Notes: generated from the sequence alone by a model not told the origin. A DNA stretch of 64,000 nucleotides from Ruminococcus sp. (GCF_019417665.1 NZ_DXUU01000004.1:11319-75318), one strand, 5' to 3'. Shown: positions 39,488-49,400, numbered from the stretch's first letter. Translations and numbers: made by a program.

Positions 39488-40250
39488 AACCATGCCCCAA
39501 CACCAGCAGCTGAAACAATGCCATCCACTCCCGCACCCAATAGGTGGGCACATAGAGTGGATTGGTATAAGCACTGTATGCCGATGCCTCCAGCCCTGCT
39601 TTTTCCGCAAGCAGTTCGGCACGATACTGGTGAAATCCATCTGTCACGATGACAATTTCCGTGCCCAGTCTGTTTTCCTCTAGAATTTCGGCTGCATTGC
39701 GGAGATTTTCCTGGGTATCCGTAGACTGATCCTCTACCAGAATCCGTTCTTCCGCCACGCCGTGTTCCACGAGCCAGAGTTTCATGGCTTGTCCCTCTGG
39801 AATGTCCTCACCAGCGCCTTGTCCTCCGGTAACTACGCAGGAAACAGAGGGATTTTCATCCAGATATTCCAGTGCAGCCTCTAGCCGTCGGGTCAGCATG
39901 GCACTGGGTTTTGTTCCCCGTACTTTGCAGCCCAGCACCACAACAGTCTCCGGTGTTTTCGGTGTATCAGCAATTGCACGTGCCATCTGCACGGACATGA
40001 TGCCGGAAAAAATCAACCCGGCAGCGACCAGTACGCCCAGTACGGACAGCCCGATCTTTCCAGGGAGATGTTCCCATATCCGGCGGAACAGTTGTCCCAG
40101 TGCATGGGGAAATAGGGTAAGTGCAATCAGAAACAGACAGCCCAATGCACCGCCGATGTTGCCGGGGTTGCAGATACGCTTAAACACCGGTGCAACAAAA
40201 AAGAACAATAAGATCAGTTCAGGGATGAGAAAAAGATATCGTATTCGCAT
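39486..40250 (-). CDS. DUF218 (YdcF/SanA/ElyC-family) membrane-anchored protein
   Basis: VVVLGCKVRG...VVTGGQG...STDTQENL core. ATG at 40250 follows GGAGGAG. Confidence 0.75.
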   Translation of the reverse strand: MRIRYLFLIPELILLFFFVAPVFKRICNPGNIGGALGCLFLIALTLFPHALGQLFRRIWEHLPGKIGLSVLGVLVAAGLIFSGIMSVQMARAIADTPKTPETVVVLGCKVRGTKPSAMLTRRLEAALEYLDENPSVSCVVTGGQGAGEDIPEGQAMKLWLVEHGVAEERILVEDQSTDTQENLRNAAEILEENRLGTEIVIVTDGFHQYRAELLAEKAGLEASAYSAYTNPLYVPTYWVREWMALFQLLVLGHG

Positions 40251-40474
40251 AGGGCTCCTCCTGGATAGTATGGCGTGCTTTCTTCTTTTTATTATAGCAC
40301 AGGAAAAAATCTTTGTCAATTTTCACATTTTTTCTACATAAATAATATTATATTTGACAAAACGTATACTATCTGTTATAATATGATTTGTACGGGGTTA
40401 AATTCAGACAGTACTGTATAATAAGCATTTCATATTTTTATACAGTAAACGTCAAAAAAGAAAGGATTTCTAAA

Positions 40475-41674
40475 ATGAGAAGGTATGAAACAAGATTCTT
40501 AGATTTTTTTCAGAAGAATGTCATCTTCATCGGCTTTTTTGCTGTATCCATCCTTGGACTGCTTCTGCGGATCAAGCTTTTTCCCTTGGAAACTGCTGAC
40601 TATTCCTACTTTATGAAAAGTTGGATTGATCAGTTGAAAGAGCACCCGGGCATTTCCGGCATTGGCGAAAACATCGGCGAATATAATGTGCCATACATGT
40701 TCTTTCTAGCTGTGATCGCCCGCACCCCATTCTCGGATTTATACGAGATAAAAGGCTTTTCCGTATTGTTTGACTTTATTGGTGCTTTTGCCGTAATACT
40801 GCTTCTCTCACATTTTCAGCAGACAAAGCTGTTCACAATGGAAAATCTACTCGCCTATGCAGCCATTTTGTTTACCCCTGTAGTATTTCTCAATTCAGCC
40901 TTTTGGGCACAATGCGACTTCATCTATGTCTCCATGCTGCTGTTTTGCATGTACTTTATGGTAAAGGAACGATATGCCCTCTCTATGATTTTTTTCGGCA
41001 TTGCATTTGCCTTTAAATTGCAGGCGATGTTCTTCTTGCCAGTCATTCTCATTTACTATTTTGCAGCGAAAAAAATGAGAGCCTTGAACTTTCTTTGGAT
41101 TCCCGTTGTTTTTATTATTGCTGCATTGCCGGCGATCTTCGCTGGAAGGGGTATTGTGGACACATTTACCATTTATACCAAGCAGACGTCAATATACGAG
41201 AATCTGACCATGGAATGCCCCAATATTTATGTATTTCTTCCTGGAGACTATGCAATATTTTCCAAAGTCGGCATTATGCTCACCATTCTGACACTGGGCA
41301 TCGGTGCATGTCTGCTGATCCACAAAGGTTCAATGGATTCCAAAGAAATTGTCTTATTGGCTGTCTGGAGTACAATGGTGTGTATTTATTTCCTGCCGGC
41401 AATGCATGAACGATATGTTTTTATCGCCTGCATTTTCAGTATTGTCTGGGCATTCCTATATCATAAGGACTGGTGGATTGCGGTTGGTATCAATCTGGTT
41501 TGCTTCCTAAGCAGTGTTACCTATTTATTTAAGGTCACAATCTTCGACTTAAAATACCTGGCTGTGGCAAATCTAGTATTCCTCATTGCGATTACGATCC
41601 GACTGTTTGCAAGGCTTGATACAGAATCTGTCAAGGTGATGGCTTACGCAGACAACAGTAAAGGTCAAAACTAA
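40475..41674 (+). CDS. Polytopic membrane protein, probable GT-C-fold glycosyl/mannosyltransferase
   Basis: About 11 TM segments. Acidic first loop PLETADYSYFMKSW, as in GT-C enzymes. ATG at 40475 follows GAAAGGA. Confidence 0.5.
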   Translation: MRRYETRFLDFFQKNVIFIGFFAVSILGLLLRIKLFPLETADYSYFMKSWIDQLKEHPGISGIGENIGEYNVPYMFFLAVIARTPFSDLYEIKGFSVLFDFIGAFAVILLLSHFQQTKLFTMENLLAYAAILFTPVVFLNSAFWAQCDFIYVSMLLFCMYFMVKERYALSMIFFGIAFAFKLQAMFFLPVILIYYFAAKKMRALNFLWIPVVFIIAALPAIFAGRGIVDTFTIYTKQTSIYENLTMECPNIYVFLPGDYAIFSKVGIMLTILTLGIGACLLIHKGSMDSKEIVLLAVWSTMVCIYFLPAMHERYVFIACIFSIVWAFLYHKDWWIAVGINLVCFLSSVTYLFKVTIFDLKYLAVANLVFLIAITIRLFARLDTESVKVMAYADNSKGQN

Positions 41675-41783
41675 TATTACCTATGATATCCGCCGATCTG
41701 ACCGCTTTGGTGGTCAAATGTCGTCTCATACAATCCCTTACATTGACTGCATCGGCTAGACTTTTATCTTCCATATACAAAAC

Positions 41784-41820
41784 GGGCGGACACAAACTCC
41801 ACGTGTTCGCCCATTTCATT
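41784..41820. terminator. Bidirectional terminator hairpin
   Basis: Stem gggcggacac(41784-41793)/gtgttcgccc(41803-41812) with T-rich flanks on both strands. Confidence 0.55.
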
Positions 41821-41826
41821 TTTATA

Positions 41827-42678
41827 TCACTTCCGCCGCACCAGCGCACCTACGCCGCAGCATCCTAGGAATACCGCCAGATCCACTGCCACAATGGTTG
41901 CACCCACAGGTGTGGATGCCAGAATGGAGATCAGCAGGCCGCCTACAGCGCATACCATTGAGATCACCGCTGCACACACGATCACGCCACGGAAACTCCG
42001 GAACAGACGCATTGCCGACAGCGCTGGGAAAACAATTAACGCCGAGGTCAGCAGAGATCCCACCAGATTCATAGCAAGAACAATGATGACCGCCGTGACG
42101 ACTGCAATGAGAAAATTATACATTTTCGCACGGATACCCGTTGCCGCAGCAAATGTCTCGTCAAAAGTCACTGCAAAAATCTTGTGATAGCACAAGAAAA
42201 AAATTGCCATAACGACCACAGACATGGCCACACAGATCCACACATCTGTTTCCGACAGCGTCAGAATCAGCGTAGATCCGAACAGGGTACTGCATACATC
42301 TCCGGAAACATTCGCCGAAGCGGAAAACAGATTCTGCACCAGATAGCCTATGGCAAGGGCGCTTACTGAAAGCATGGCAATCGCAGCATCCCCCTTGATC
42401 TTTGCACTTTGGTTGGCACACAGCAGCAGCACTGCACATACCACCGTCACCGGCATAACCAGAATCATCTCGTTGTTCAGCCGTAACACTGTGGCAATTG
42501 CCAGGGCACCGAACGCCACATGGGACAGCCCATCGCCAATGACAGAAAACCGTTTCAGCACCAGTGTCACGCCTAGAAGCGAAGAACAGAGGGCAATGAG
42601 CACTCCGGCAATCAGCGCATACTGTACGAATGTAAAGGATAGATAGCCTGTCAGTTGTTCCCAAAGTCCCATATTCAC
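41827..42678 (-). CDS. Metal (zinc/manganese) ABC transporter permease, ABC-3 family
   Basis: 283 aa, about 8 TM segments. Overlaps the ATPase gene. Confidence 0.85.
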   Translation of the reverse strand: MNMGLWEQLTGYLSFTFVQYALIAGVLIALCSSLLGVTLVLKRFSVIGDGLSHVAFGALAIATVLRLNNEMILVMPVTVVCAVLLLCANQSAKIKGDAAIAMLSVSALAIGYLVQNLFSASANVSGDVCSTLFGSTLILTLSETDVWICVAMSVVVMAIFFLCYHKIFAVTFDETFAAATGIRAKMYNFLIAVVTAVIIVLAMNLVGSLLTSALIVFPALSAMRLFRSFRGVIVCAAVISMVCAVGGLLISILASTPVGATIVAVDLAVFLGCCGVGALVRRK

Positions 42679-43394
42679 ACCGTCCCTTCCCCGGTATATG
42701 CCTGCCCGATCTTGCTTTTGAGATAGTCCGCTTTTGTCCCGAAAAACAGCGGCGTTTTGCTGATGTGCAGCACATGGGTGGCATACCGCACCGCCGCTTC
42801 CATATCATGGGAGACCATGAGTACGGTAATGCCGTCCTGCTGGTTTAGCTGCTGGATCAACTCATACAGCTCCGTTTGTGCTTTGGGATCTAGTCCTGTC
42901 ACCGGTTCATCCAACAGCAGCATTTTTTGCGTCGCACCCAGTGCCCGTGCCAGAAGTACACGCTGCTGCTGTCCGCCGGATAGTTCCCGATAACACCGCT
43001 TTGCCAGGTGGGCAATTCCCAGACGTTCCATATTTTCCTGGGCAAGCTGTTTTTCCTGTTTTGTGTAAAAGGGTCGGAATCCGCTGCGGTTCAGACAGCC
43101 TGAACGGACGATCTCCTGCACTGACGCCGGAAAATCCCGCTGCACTGCTGTCTGTTGGGGCAAATAGCCGATCTCATCGGGCTGCAAGCCGTCACCGGTT
43201 TCGATTTTCCCTGCCATGGGTGCTTTCAGCCGGAGCAGCGCCTTGATGAGCGTACTTTTTCCGGAACCGTTTTCCCCTACAATATACAAATAATCCCCGG
43301 CATTTACCGAGAAGGACAGATGTTCTGTCACCGGCACCCCCTCATATCCTAGAGTCAGGTCGGTACAAGTCAACTGTGCCATATCTTTCACCAT
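42675..43394 (-). CDS. Metal ABC transporter ATP-binding protein (ZnuC/AdcC-like)
   Basis: GENGSGKST, LSGGQQQRV, LLLDEP. An alternative ATG lies at 43382. Confidence 0.85.
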   Translation of the reverse strand: MVKDMAQLTCTDLTLGYEGVPVTEHLSFSVNAGDYLYIVGENGSGKSTLIKALLRLKAPMAGKIETGDGLQPDEIGYLPQQTAVQRDFPASVQEIVRSGCLNRSGFRPFYTKQEKQLAQENMERLGIAHLAKRCYRELSGGQQQRVLLARALGATQKMLLLDEPVTGLDPKAQTELYELIQQLNQQDGITVLMVSHDMEAAVRYATHVLHISKTPLFFGTKADYLKSKIGQAYTGEGTV

Positions 43395-43406
43395 ACTTTC
43401 TATTTG

Positions 43407-43457
43407 AAATTAGGAGTTAGGGATGAGGAATGGTGGTATCTCCTGTGGCGATAAATG
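43407..43457. repeat. Dispersed repeat family A copy (inverted relative to 22367-22420)
   Basis: Its reverse complement, tatcgccacaggagataccaccattcctcatccctaactcctaattt, aligns with 22367-22420. Confidence 0.65.
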
Positions 43458-43470
43458 AAAAAGAGGATTT

Positions 43471-44478
43471 TCATTCCACTGTCAATGCCTTCTGCAATAC
43501 TTCCAGATTTTCCTCCATTCGTGACAAATAGGTCACGCCGTGATCCAGTTCCTCCTGCGTCACAGATTGCAAAGAGTTGAGTACCAATATTTCTGCGTTA
43601 GAATCTGCATTTTCCAGCACCGTTCGGGCAAGGGATTGGTCATTGCCTTCTGTGGTCAGAATGCAAGGCAGTTCCAATTCCTCCAATTTCCGGGTCAGAA
43701 AGACGATGGTCTCAAAGCTTGCCTCCGTCTCTGCGGAACAGCCCGGAAATGCCGCATAATATGTTAGGTTATAATCCTCTGCCAGATAGCGGAAGGGGAA
43801 CCGATCTGCCACCAGAATGGTGCTGCGCACAGCGTCCGCCATCATCTCCTGATATTTCCCATCCAGTGTCTGTAATTCACTGATATAGGCAGCACAGTTT
43901 TCCCGATATTGCGCCGCATGTGCCGGATCTGCTTCACAAAGGGCATCCCGGATGGCTTCGCAGGCAGGCTGTGCCCGACGCAGGGAGAGCCAGACATGCT
44001 CGTCCAGTTCTTCATCCTCTTCGTGGTCGTGATCTTCGTCCTCGTGTTCTTCATGATCATCATGTTCGTGATGGTGGTGTTCCTCTTCCTGCATTCCCTC
44101 CACGATCACTTCCTCGTTGGCGTCAGCCGCCTCCATCATGGAAACGATCTGGACAGTGTCATTTTCCGCTGTTTCCAGCACATCCGTCACCCATTGATCC
44201 GACGCACCGCCCACATAGCAGAAGACATCTGCCTGGGAAATGGCGGCAATGTCCTTTACAGACGGCTGATAGCTGTGCAGATCTGTGCCGCCTTTTATCA
44301 GCAGCGTTACATCCACCCCGGCTGCATCGCCGACGATCCGGCGTGTCCAGTCATATTCCGGAAAGATCGTGCAGACCACTTGCAGTTGTCCTACAGTTTC
44401 CACATCCTCGCCGCAGCCCGTCAGCAGAAAACACCACCCCAGGCATACGGCAAGCATAAGCGCCAATTTTCGTTTCAT
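43471..44478 (-). CDS. Zinc-type ABC substrate-binding lipoprotein (ZnuA/AdcA-like) with a His/Asp/Glu-rich loop
   Basis: Lipobox LLTGC. Loop EEHHHHEHDDHEEHEDEDHDHEEDEE. ATG at 44478. Confidence 0.85.
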   Translation of the reverse strand: MKRKLALMLAVCLGWCFLLTGCGEDVETVGQLQVVCTIFPEYDWTRRIVGDAAGVDVTLLIKGGTDLHSYQPSVKDIAAISQADVFCYVGGASDQWVTDVLETAENDTVQIVSMMEAADANEEVIVEGMQEEEHHHHEHDDHEEHEDEDHDHEEDEELDEHVWLSLRRAQPACEAIRDALCEADPAHAAQYRENCAAYISELQTLDGKYQEMMADAVRSTILVADRFPFRYLAEDYNLTYYAAFPGCSAETEASFETIVFLTRKLEELELPCILTTEGNDQSLARTVLENADSNAEILVLNSLQSVTQEELDHGVTYLSRMEENLEVLQKALTVE

Positions 44479-44841
44479 ATGATTCCTTTCATGAGAGCCT
44501 GTTTCGTATCTTTTCCCACGCACCTTTTTGGTGAATTTTGTTGTTTTCTGCGTTAAAAATTCTTGCCGGACGAAAGCCAGCCTGCGAATTTTTGCCTTGA
44601 AATCAACGAAAATTCACTCAAAAATCTACGCAGAAAAAGTTACGAAACAGACTCTAGGGCAGAAAAACAGGGGCACATCGTGTCCCCCCGTTCGGCTCGA
44701 ATATGAAAATGGTTTTCATATTCATATTATAGCAGATTTGATATGAGATGTCAAGAGATTTTTTATGCGAACAAAAAATAGATTCTCGTGGGGGACAACG
44801 TAGGAATGTTTCTATGATTGCAAAAAATTTTCCAATACCCC

Positions 44842-44870
44842 TTGACAACGTCTTTTGGATATGCTATACT
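44842..44870 (+). promoter_or_regulatory. Sigma-A promoter of the GntR-ABC operon
   Basis: TTGACA (44842-44847), a 17-nt spacer, then an extended -10 tgcTATACT (44862-44870). Confidence 0.6.
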
Positions 44871-44884
44871 TTATGTGTTTCATG

Positions 44885-44899
44885 AAGTGTACAACACTT
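44885..44899. promoter_or_regulatory. Candidate GntR/YtrA-type operator
   Basis: Inverted repeat AAGTGT-aca-ACACTT just downstream of the predicted transcription start. GT...AC palindromes are typical of GntR-family sites. Confidence 0.4.
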
Positions 44900-44980
44900 A
44901 TAACGCATACAACGCATAAAGATTATGCTGAAACTGAATTGGATCACATCATACATCAGAACAGGAATGGAGGTCTTGCC

Positions 44981-45382
44981 ATGTTTCAAATTGATCCCAT
45001 GTCACGAGAGCCTGTCTATGAGCAAATCATTGCACAGGTAGAACGTTTTATTTTGACAGATGTGCTGCTGCCGGGCAGTCAGATTCCGTCGGTGCGAAAT
45101 GTTTCTATGACAAATTCTATCAATCCCCGTACCATTTTAAAGGCATATACAGATTTGGACGCCCGAGGGCTGATCCAATCTGTACCGGGAAAAGGCTATT
45201 TTGTCTGTACAGACGCACAAGAGAAACTGCTACAGAAAGGACGTGCGAAGATGAAGGATCTGACAGAACTACTCACAGAGCTGGCGATTGCCGGCGTGAC
45301 CAAAGAGGAAATCAGTGCCTGTGTGGAACAGGCCTATGCAGATGCTGAAAAGCAGCACCAACAGGGAGGGACTATAGTATGA
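44981..45382 (+). CDS. GntR-family transcriptional regulator, short YtrA-like subfamily
   Basis: EPVYEQIIAQVERFI...LPSVRNVSMTNSINPRTILKAYTDLDARGLI winged helix with a short C-terminal tail. ATGA overlap with the ABC ATPase gene. Confidence 0.8.
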   Translation: MFQIDPMSREPVYEQIIAQVERFILTDVLLPGSQIPSVRNVSMTNSINPRTILKAYTDLDARGLIQSVPGKGYFVCTDAQEKLLQKGRAKMKDLTELLTELAIAGVTKEEISACVEQAYADAEKQHQQGGTIV

Positions 45383-46308
45383 TCGAAGTAAAAAATCTCA
45401 CAAAGCGGTTTCAGGATTTCACTGCATTGGAAAATGTCACCTGTACCATCGGTTCTGGCTGTATCTATGGCATGGTCGGCTCTAACGGTGCCGGAAAATC
45501 CACATTTTTGCGTGCCCTTACCGGTGTATACCAGCCGGACGGCGGACGGATCCTTATTGATGGAATGCCCGTCTGGGACGATCCTGCGGTAAAGCGCCGC
45601 ATTGCTTATGTGCCTGATGAGTTGTATTTTCTCTCCGGTGCCAATCTGAACCGCATGGAGCGGATGTACCGCAATACATACCCGGATTTTGACCCGGAAC
45701 AGTTCCGAAAGCTTTGCAGCCAGTTTCAGTTGCCCCGAAACAAGTCTTTGGGACAGTTCTCCAAGGGTATGCGCCGTCAGGCGGCAACCATTCTGGCACT
45801 GTCCTGCAAGCCGGATTATCTCTTTTTCGACGAGACCTTTGATGGTCTGGATCCGGTCATGCGGAATTTTGTCAAGCGGCTCATTTGTGAGGATGTTCTG
45901 GAGCGCGGTGCTTCGGCAATTATCACATCTCATTCTCTTCGAGAGCTGGAAGATATCTGCGACCAGTTGGCACTGCTCCATAAGGGTGGTCTAGTGCTGG
46001 AAAGCGACATCGAAAACCTCAAGACTTCACAGTTCAAGATCCAGATCGCATTCCGGGAGGAATATGACAAGTCCAAGTTCGACGGCATCCAGATCTCTCA
46101 CTTTGAAAAGAGCGGCAGCGTGGCAAATATGATCGTAGGCGGTGACCGTGACGATATTGTGGATAAACTTCGTGCCATGCAGCCGATACTCCTGGATGTG
46201 TTGCCTCTGTCTCTGGAGGAGATCTTCACTTATGAAATGGAAACGCTGGGCTATACATTCCAGATTGACGAAATGAACGAGGAGGGTGCTGCAAATGCAA
46301 AATCTTGA
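45379..46308 (+). CDS. ABC transporter ATP-binding protein
   Basis: GSNGAGKST, FSKGMRRQ, LFFDETFDGLD. Confidence 0.85.
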   Translation: MIEVKNLTKRFQDFTALENVTCTIGSGCIYGMVGSNGAGKSTFLRALTGVYQPDGGRILIDGMPVWDDPAVKRRIAYVPDELYFLSGANLNRMERMYRNTYPDFDPEQFRKLCSQFQLPRNKSLGQFSKGMRRQAATILALSCKPDYLFFDETFDGLDPVMRNFVKRLICEDVLERGASAIITSHSLRELEDICDQLALLHKGGLVLESDIENLKTSQFKIQIAFREEYDKSKFDGIQISHFEKSGSVANMIVGGDRDDIVDKLRAMQPILLDVLPLSLEEIFTYEMETLGYTFQIDEMNEEGAANAKS

Positions 46309-46453
46309 GAAACGCTATTCTTACCGGCACCAGGACAGACGGGAAATGCGGCATCAGCTGCTGACCAATCTGATTATTTTGCTGCTGGTACTGGGATTGG
46401 GGACAGTTTGTGCAGTGACCTATTTTCATGCAAGAGGAGGATTAGTAAGATGA
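46295..46453 (+). CDS. Possible 52-aa single-pass membrane peptide (below the ORF-track cutoff)
   Basis: ATG at 46295 lies 8 nt after GAGGAGGG. Translation MQNLEKRYSYRHQDRREMRHQLLTNLIILLLVLGLGTVCAVTYFHARGGLVR. Its stop forms an ATGA overlap with the next gene. Confidence 0.45.
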   Translation: MQNLEKRYSYRHQDRREMRHQLLTNLIILLLVLGLGTVCAVTYFHARGGLVR

Positions 46454-48582
46454 ATAAAAAGCAATCAACATTTTCCCTGGGACTGCTGCGGGAAGGATTC
46501 CGGCAGTGCCAGATGATCGGCATTCTCGCTATGGTTGTCATGGTACTGGGTGCTCTGTTTATACCCATTGGTCATGTGATCAGTGTGAGAAATGAACCCT
46601 ATTATGTTACAGAAGCATGGAATGCCTGGAGTGCAAATCCGCTAATACTTCTGGTATTGTTGGTCGCACCGCTGATGACTTTGGTACTGTTCCACTTCCT
46701 GGACAGCCGTGCTGCTTCGGATCTGTATCACGCCATGCCCCACAAGCGCATTACTCTTTATCTCAACTATGCTGGGGCAATTCTCCTGTGGATCGTATTA
46801 TTGATAGCAGTGAGCACGGCAGTATCTCTGATTTCTTGTGCGATCACGCATCAGTACATCACTTTGTTATATGATACTCTTTTGCCCTATCTGTGCAGTA
46901 TTTTTCTGATGTGTGCCCTGATGATCTCTGGCATTCTCATTGCCATGAGCCTGACGGGAACGGTATTCACAAACGTACTGTTTTCAGCGATCTTGTTGTT
47001 TCTGCCTCGGCTTTGTATGTCTTTCCTAAGTGCAACTGTTACGGGCAATATGCCCTTTATGCTCGGTTCAGGCGAATCTGACAGTTTTTTTCGCAGCAGC
47101 AACAACCTGTTGATCTCTCTGCTCGCCGGATTATATGGCATCAGCTCCAGCGATGACATTATTAGTGTATTCAAGCCAGGTTGGCAGGCGCTTGTCTATA
47201 CGCTGCTTCTGGCACTGATCTACTTCGCCATTGGCGCATGGCTGTTTTGCCGTCGCCGCAGTGAAGCTGCTGGACAGTCGGCCCCCAGCCGGATGCTCCA
47301 GAATGTCTACCGTATTGTGGTAACTATGACCTATTGTGTCTTTGTCACTGGGGCACTGCACTCTTGTCTGCACGATGGTGTAGACGGTGTAAACGGTGAG
47401 GACTTGTTTACATTCTTGATCCTATACATCATTGCGCTCCTGATCTATTTTACTTACGAGCTGATCACCACAAAAAAATGGCGCAATCTGCTCCGGTCAA
47501 TGCCGGGTCTGGCAGTGTTGGTTGTCCTGAACGGCGGTATTCTGCTGGGGATGCATGTGGCAGAGAAAAAGATCCTGGATCAGCGTCCGGCAGTGCAGGA
47601 GATCGAAAGTGTTTCCTTCCGCAACAGTAATGACGGCAGCTCTGTTTACGAGGGGGCATATCTGGGATATGGAGAGTACGTGGATCTGACGAGCCAGAAG
47701 ATCGAGATCACCGATCCCACAGTCATTTCTCTGGTATCCTACTATCTGAATGAGAACATTGAGACATGGGAAAAGGGAGAGAATTCCTACTATAACAAAT
47801 ATTACAACCATTCCGGCACAAGTGCATATACAGACTATGCTGTCACCATCCGCACCAAGGATGATACGTTGTATCGTTCTGTTATGATCCCGAATTCCGA
47901 GGCTGGTGCTCTCATGGAATCCTTGCAGAGCAACGAGGAATTTGTTAAGGCATGGATGACACCGCCGGAGCCAGTAGAAAATACGCTATACATGGAAACA
48001 TATGTAGGTGATGGAGAGATTGGCGTAGAAGCTCTGTATGACTCCTATGTAGAAGAACTGAAAACCGTTCCCTTTGAGAAGTTCTATGAAAAACAGACGA
48101 CAAATGCAAACTATGCAGTAAGTTTTGCTTATACCTTCCGTGCAAACGGCGATAATCTGACGATCAGCTGTCCGATTTATGCAGATCTGATGCCGAAAAC
48201 ACTTCAGAAATACTATGACATGCTCTACGATGCACAGGCGGATTCCCGTGACACATTCTTCCATAATGCCGACATCAACGCTTCTCTGAACATCAGTGCC
48301 TATGGCAGAACGGTCAATGGTTCTTACAAATACGCTGACTGTTATGATGATGCAGACAACATGCCGCTCAGTGAATTGGAAACCTACCAGCTGCTTCTGA
48401 AATATGCAGAGGACAGACCTGTTCAGGCTGGCGAAGCGTATGCTGAGATCTTGATCTATCCCTATGTGACTGACGAAGAGGAATACAGTGAAAATTATAT
48501 TATGCTGCCGCTGAAGGATGCTTTCTTCACAGATACACAGGTGAATGAAAACTTTAACACTGGAAGTTATGATGAGTACTGA
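46450..48582 (+). CDS. ABC-2-like polytopic membrane protein with a large C-terminal extracytoplasmic domain
   Basis: About 8 TM segments in the first roughly 380 aa, then a roughly 330-aa hydrophilic domain. ATG at 46450 follows GAGGAGGA. Confidence 0.6.
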   Translation: MNKKQSTFSLGLLREGFRQCQMIGILAMVVMVLGALFIPIGHVISVRNEPYYVTEAWNAWSANPLILLVLLVAPLMTLVLFHFLDSRAASDLYHAMPHKRITLYLNYAGAILLWIVLLIAVSTAVSLISCAITHQYITLLYDTLLPYLCSIFLMCALMISGILIAMSLTGTVFTNVLFSAILLFLPRLCMSFLSATVTGNMPFMLGSGESDSFFRSSNNLLISLLAGLYGISSSDDIISVFKPGWQALVYTLLLALIYFAIGAWLFCRRRSEAAGQSAPSRMLQNVYRIVVTMTYCVFVTGALHSCLHDGVDGVNGEDLFTFLILYIIALLIYFTYELITTKKWRNLLRSMPGLAVLVVLNGGILLGMHVAEKKILDQRPAVQEIESVSFRNSNDGSSVYEGAYLGYGEYVDLTSQKIEITDPTVISLVSYYLNENIETWEKGENSYYNKYYNHSGTSAYTDYAVTIRTKDDTLYRSVMIPNSEAGALMESLQSNEEFVKAWMTPPEPVENTLYMETYVGDGEIGVEALYDSYVEELKTVPFEKFYEKQTTNANYAVSFAYTFRANGDNLTISCPIYADLMPKTLQKYYDMLYDAQADSRDTFFHNADINASLNISAYGRTVNGSYKYADCYDDADNMPLSELETYQLLLKYAEDRPVQAGEAYAEILIYPYVTDEEEYSENYIMLPLKDAFFTDTQVNENFNTGSYDEY

Positions 48583-48606
48583 TGTGCTGGGCGAATGGAC
48601 TGACAT

Positions 48607-49272
48607 ATGAAACAAGGTATGATCCGGAAGATACTTGCGCTTTTCCTTGGACTGCTGTTGATCGGAATTGCCGGTTGGTACATGATTGGAAGATTGCATT
48701 CTGATTCTCATTATGTACAGCGCAGGAATACCGCATGGAACTTAATATTGGTTAACGAATGGAATCCTATTCCGAAAGAATATGAGGTAAATCTGCTGGA
48801 ACTATCCAACGGAAGGCAGATCGATGAAAGAATCTATCCTGATTTGCAGGCAATGTTTGATGCTGCCCGTGCAGATGGTGTATATCCAGTAGTCGGTGAA
48901 GGATATCGTACAGAACAGGAACAGCAAGATATGATGGATGAAAAAATACAAGTCTATCAAAACGAAGGTTACTCTGAAAAAGACGCAGAAGCTCTTGCAG
49001 AAGAAGAGGTTGCTGTTCCGGGTACAAGTGAACATCAGCTGGGTCTGGCGGTGGATATCAATGCAGATACCTCACAAGGCAGTGAAAATGAGACAGTTTA
49101 CTCCTGGCTGGCAGACCATGCGTGGGAATATGGCTTTATTCTACGATATCCGGCAAATAAGACAGAACTCACGGGCATTACCTATGAGCCATGGCACTAT
49201 CGCTATGTAGGGAAAGAAGCCGCAGAAACCATTCATACACAAGGAATTTGCCTGGAGGAGTATCTTTCCTAA
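48607..49272 (+). CDS. D-alanyl-D-alanine carboxypeptidase, VanY/peptidase M15B family
   Basis: N-terminal anchor. LVNEWNPIP, SEHQLGLAVDI and EPWHYRYVG motifs. Confidence 0.85.
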   Translation: MKQGMIRKILALFLGLLLIGIAGWYMIGRLHSDSHYVQRRNTAWNLILVNEWNPIPKEYEVNLLELSNGRQIDERIYPDLQAMFDAARADGVYPVVGEGYRTEQEQQDMMDEKIQVYQNEGYSEKDAEALAEEEVAVPGTSEHQLGLAVDINADTSQGSENETVYSWLADHAWEYGFILRYPANKTELTGITYEPWHYRYVGKEAAETIHTQGICLEEYLS

Positions 49273-49324
49273 TTATTTTCTGACAACTTCTTATGATAAA
49301 ACTTCTTCCTTAAATCCCAAACAG

Positions 49325-49365
49325 AAAAAAGCACTCTTTTGCAATGGCAGAGAGTGCTTTTTTCG
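49325..49365 (+). terminator. Rho-independent terminator
   Basis: Stem aagcactct/agagtgctt followed by ttttt. Confidence 0.7.
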
Positions 49366-49400
49366 TGTATGAATGCTGCTGCATATCTTTTGGCTTGAAA

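Noticed and set aside
43990-44110. GA/TC-rich low-complexity stretch that looks like a simple-sequence repeat
   Set aside because: It encodes the His/Asp/Glu-rich metal-binding loop of the ZnuA-like lipoprotein in frame. It is not a slippage-prone perfect repeat.
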